This document shows positions 61,413 through 64,000 of a stretch of 64,000 nucleotides of DNA, one piece after another (position 1 is the stretch's first letter; the number at the start of each line of letters is the position of its first letter). This DNA is from Faecalimonas sp. (GTDB lineage Bacteria > Bacillota > Clostridia > Lachnospirales > Lachnospiraceae), in assembly GCA_045630205.1 (NCBI GenBank), contig JAZQSP010000009.1, positions 3,055-67,054 on the forward strand, read 5' to 3'. A model generated the notes under the pieces. The model ran no database searches, had not been told where the DNA came from, and saw only the letters and a program-made list of their open reading frames with translations. A program made the translations under genes and the position numbers.

Positions 61413-62481
61413 TTACCGGTACCTCCTGATACTTTCTTATTACAAAATACATAATTGTTCCTGTTCCCTCTTTACTCGTCGCCCATATCTTGCCACCATG
61501 CTCTTCGATAATCTTCTTCACAATCGAAAGACCGATTCCACTTCCTCCGGTTGCAGAGTTTCTCGACGCGTCCGTGCGATAAAAACGCTCAAAAATGTAT
61601 GGCAACTCTTTCGCCCCGATTCCTTTCCCGTTATCTTCAATCTCCACCTGTACGAAATCACCGACATCCTTCACCCGTAAATGAATCTGCTTTTGCGGCT
61701 TATTCATATATTTTAGCGCATTCGAAACAATGTTGTTAATCACACGCTTCAGTTGTTCTGCATCTGCGATGATCTTAACATCACCATTTACGTAATTGAG
61801 ATAGTCAAATTGAACGCCCCTCGCCTCGATATCTATTCTTAGGTCTGATGCGCAGTCATCGAAATAATGATTTACCGAAAGAGTGCTGAAATTATACGGA
61901 ATGCGGTTCGAATCAATTTTGGAATAAAGCGTTAGCTCATTGATTAAGTTATCCATATCATTTGCTTTATTATAAATGGTACGGATATATCGCTCCATTT
62001 TCTCCGGTGTATCCGCAACTCCGTCCATAATTCCTTCCACATAACCTTTGATAGCTGTAATCGGTGTCTTTAGGTCGTGAGAAATATTACTAATCAGCTC
62101 CTTGCTTCGCTTATCATACTCGACCTTTTCGCTGGACGTCTCTTTTAAACGCAGACGCATCTCCTCAAAGTCTCGACAGAGTTGTCCAATCTCATCATCA
62201 GTCTCGACCTCAAGTTCAAAGTCCAGATTGCCATCCTTGATATTCTGTGTCGCAATCTTCATCTGCGCAAGCGGTATCGCAACGCCTCGGTAAATCCATA
62301 TGCACATAAGTAATACCGTAACAGCCAGAATAATCAGAACCCATAAGAACATTCTTATCATAAGCTCTCTCACTGCAGAAGTCATGTTGACCACATCTGT
62401 AGCAATTACTGCAATAGATAAGATTAACGGTAGCATAGTTGCTATGATAAAACCAATAATCAATCGTGTTTTTAATTTCAT
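61405..62481 (-). CDS. Sensor histidine kinase (2 TM, HAMP, HisKA, HATPase)
   Basis: SHDLKTP, NIVSNALKY, DNGKG, GSGIGL. Confidence 0.95.
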   Translation of the reverse strand: MKLKTRLIIGFIIATMLPLILSIAVIATDVVNMTSAVRELMIRMFLWVLIILAVTVLLMCIWIYRGVAIPLAQMKIATQNIKDGNLDFELEVETDDEIGQLCRDFEEMRLRLKETSSEKVEYDKRSKELISNISHDLKTPITAIKGYVEGIMDGVADTPEKMERYIRTIYNKANDMDNLINELTLYSKIDSNRIPYNFSTLSVNHYFDDCASDLRIDIEARGVQFDYLNYVNGDVKIIADAEQLKRVINNIVSNALKYMNKPQKQIHLRVKDVGDFVQVEIEDNGKGIGAKELPYIFERFYRTDASRNSATGGSGIGLSIVKKIIEEHGGKIWATSKEGTGTIMYFVIRKYQEVPVNE

Positions 62482-62651
62482 ATATGCTCACTTCCTTATT
62501 TTACAAAAATACGTTTGCCTACCTCATTATTATATCATGTCGATATATTCTTTACATCAAAGCATAAGGAAATATTTATAAAGTTTTTCTAAAAAATGTA
62601 TATAAAAAAGGCTTTGCGACATTCCTATCACAAAGCCTCTGCTCCTTCTCC

Positions 62652-63839
62652 TTATAAATATGATTTCATCACATCTACTTTATCTAATTTTTCCCATGGC
62701 AAATCCAAATCATTGCGACCAAAGTGTCCGTAAGCAGCTGTCTGCTTGTAGATTGGACGGCGAAGGTCTAACATCTTGATGATGCCTGCCGGTCTTAAGT
62801 CAAAGTTCTCTCTAACGATGTCCACTAATTTCTCTTCTGACAACTTACCTGTGCCAAATGTATCAATCATAATAGATGTCGGCTGTGCTACACCAATAGC
62901 GTAAGACAACTGAATTTCACACTTGTCAGCCAATCCTGCTGCTACGATATTCTTTGCAACATAACGCGCTGCGTAAGCTGCAGAACGGTCAACCTTCGTA
63001 CAGTCTTTACCTGAGAAAGCACCGCCGCCATGACGAGCCATTCCGCCATAGGTGTCAACGATAATCTTACGTCCTGTAAGACCACTGTCTCCATTCGGTC
63101 CGCCAATCACGAAACGTCCTGTTGGGTTGATGAAGAATTTCGTCTTCTCATCTACCATCTCAGCCGGAAGAATCACATCAAATACATGCTTCTTAATATC
63201 TGCATGAATCTGCTCCTGTGTTACGTCCGGATCATGCTGTGTCGAGAGAACAACTGCATCTAATCTCTCCGGAACACCATTCTCATCATACTCTACTGTA
63301 ACCTGCGTCTTCCCATCCGGACGAAGGTATGGAAGCGTTCCATTCTTACGAACTTCTGTAAGACGAAGTGCCAATTTATGTGCCAATGAAATCGGATATG
63401 GCATATACTCTTCTGTCTCGTTTGATGCGTAACCAAACATCATACCTTGGTCACCGGCACCAATTGCTTCAAGTTCCTCGTCTGACATCTTGTTTTCTTT
63501 TGCTTCTAAGGCTTTATTAACACCCATCGCAATGTCTGTTGACTGCTCATCAATTGCTGTGATAACTCCACATGTGTGAGCATCAAAACCAAATTTTGCA
63601 CGGTTGTATCCAATCTCATCAACTGTCTCTCTGACAATCTTTTGAATATCTACGTAAGCACTGGTTGTAATCTCACCCATAACTAACACAAGACCTGTTG
63701 TGACTGCTGTCTCACAGGCAACACGGCTCATTGGGTCCTGTTCTAATAATGCATCTAACACTGCATCCGAAATCTGATCACAGATTTTATCCGGATGGCC
63801 TTCTGTTACTGATTCCGAAGTAAATAATAATCTTTCCAT
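62652..63839 (-). CDS. metK: S-adenosylmethionine synthetase
   Basis: [26 protein letters not shown]. Confidence 0.97.
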   Translation of the reverse strand: MERLLFTSESVTEGHPDKICDQISDAVLDALLEQDPMSRVACETAVTTGLVLVMGEITTSAYVDIQKIVRETVDEIGYNRAKFGFDAHTCGVITAIDEQSTDIAMGVNKALEAKENKMSDEELEAIGAGDQGMMFGYASNETEEYMPYPISLAHKLALRLTEVRKNGTLPYLRPDGKTQVTVEYDENGVPERLDAVVLSTQHDPDVTQEQIHADIKKHVFDVILPAEMVDEKTKFFINPTGRFVIGGPNGDSGLTGRKIIVDTYGGMARHGGGAFSGKDCTKVDRSAAYAARYVAKNIVAAGLADKCEIQLSYAIGVAQPTSIMIDTFGTGKLSEEKLVDIVRENFDLRPAGIIKMLDLRRPIYKQTAAYGHFGRNDLDLPWEKLDKVDVMKSYL

Positions 63840-63882
63840 TTCATTCGTTCCTTTCTTCCCATATTCTCTTATTATCAGACTT

Positions 63883-63913
63883 AAAAAACAGCCCAACAAT
63901 GTCGGACTGTTTT
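63883..63913 (-). terminator. Riboswitch expression-platform terminator
   Basis: Minus strand AAAACAGTCCGAC ATT GTTGGGCTG followed by TTTTTT in the metK leader. Confidence 0.75.
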
Positions 63914-63932
63914 ATACATACTTATAATACAA

Positions 63933-64000
63933 TCCTCTTATTGTTCGATTACTCGCTCAGGTTGGCACCTTCCGTCTCCGGGGTTGCCGTGGCTTCACAG
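63933..64000 (-). ncRNA. SAM-I (S-box) riboswitch aptamer, 3' part (5' end outside the window)
   Basis: Minus strand CTGTGAAGCCACGGCAACC...AAGGTGCCAACCTGAG...AATAAGAG upstream of metK. Confidence 0.85.

Noticed and set aside
161-63263. Many 60-180-aa ORFs antisense to or nested in housekeeping genes
   Set aside because: They are shadow ORFs with no RBS or recognisable motifs, expected from codon bias

Overview
This is a chromosomal window from a low-GC, spore-forming Firmicute; gene content and style suggest Lachnospiraceae/Clostridia (inference). Most genes are on the minus strand. Housekeeping content includes addA (partial)-addB-hflX, iorAB-paaK-ACT, ispG-polC, hisC/aminotransferase, rho-rpmE-DUF1385-prmC-prfA, tcdA-rarA, ppaC, purF, birA-coaX-dusB-greA-lysS, nfeD-SPFH, a two-component system, and metK with a SAM riboswitch cut by the window edge. 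Two small accessory patches (about 6.4-10.5 kb and 40.0-41.5 kb) each carry a GNAT toxin-like gene coupled to a ~50-aa partner, plus gene remnants. The most striking unexplained feature is a pair of ~252-bp intergenic elements at 14756-15008 and 29864-30115. Each has eight TGGGTAT/ATACCCA half-sites at essentially the same offsets (0, 29-30, 82, 111, 134, 164, 216, 245-246), while the sequence between the half-sites looks unrelated by eye. Other notable items are an in-frame patatin-OTC (argF) fusion with an internal RBS, a PurF lacking its catalytic N-terminal Cys, an orphan Rpn-type C-terminal ORF, a possibly degenerate PD-(D/E)XK protein and a lysine-free two-repeat protein. No tRNA, rRNA, CRISPR array or intact transposase was seen. 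All family calls come from motif recognition, not database searches.
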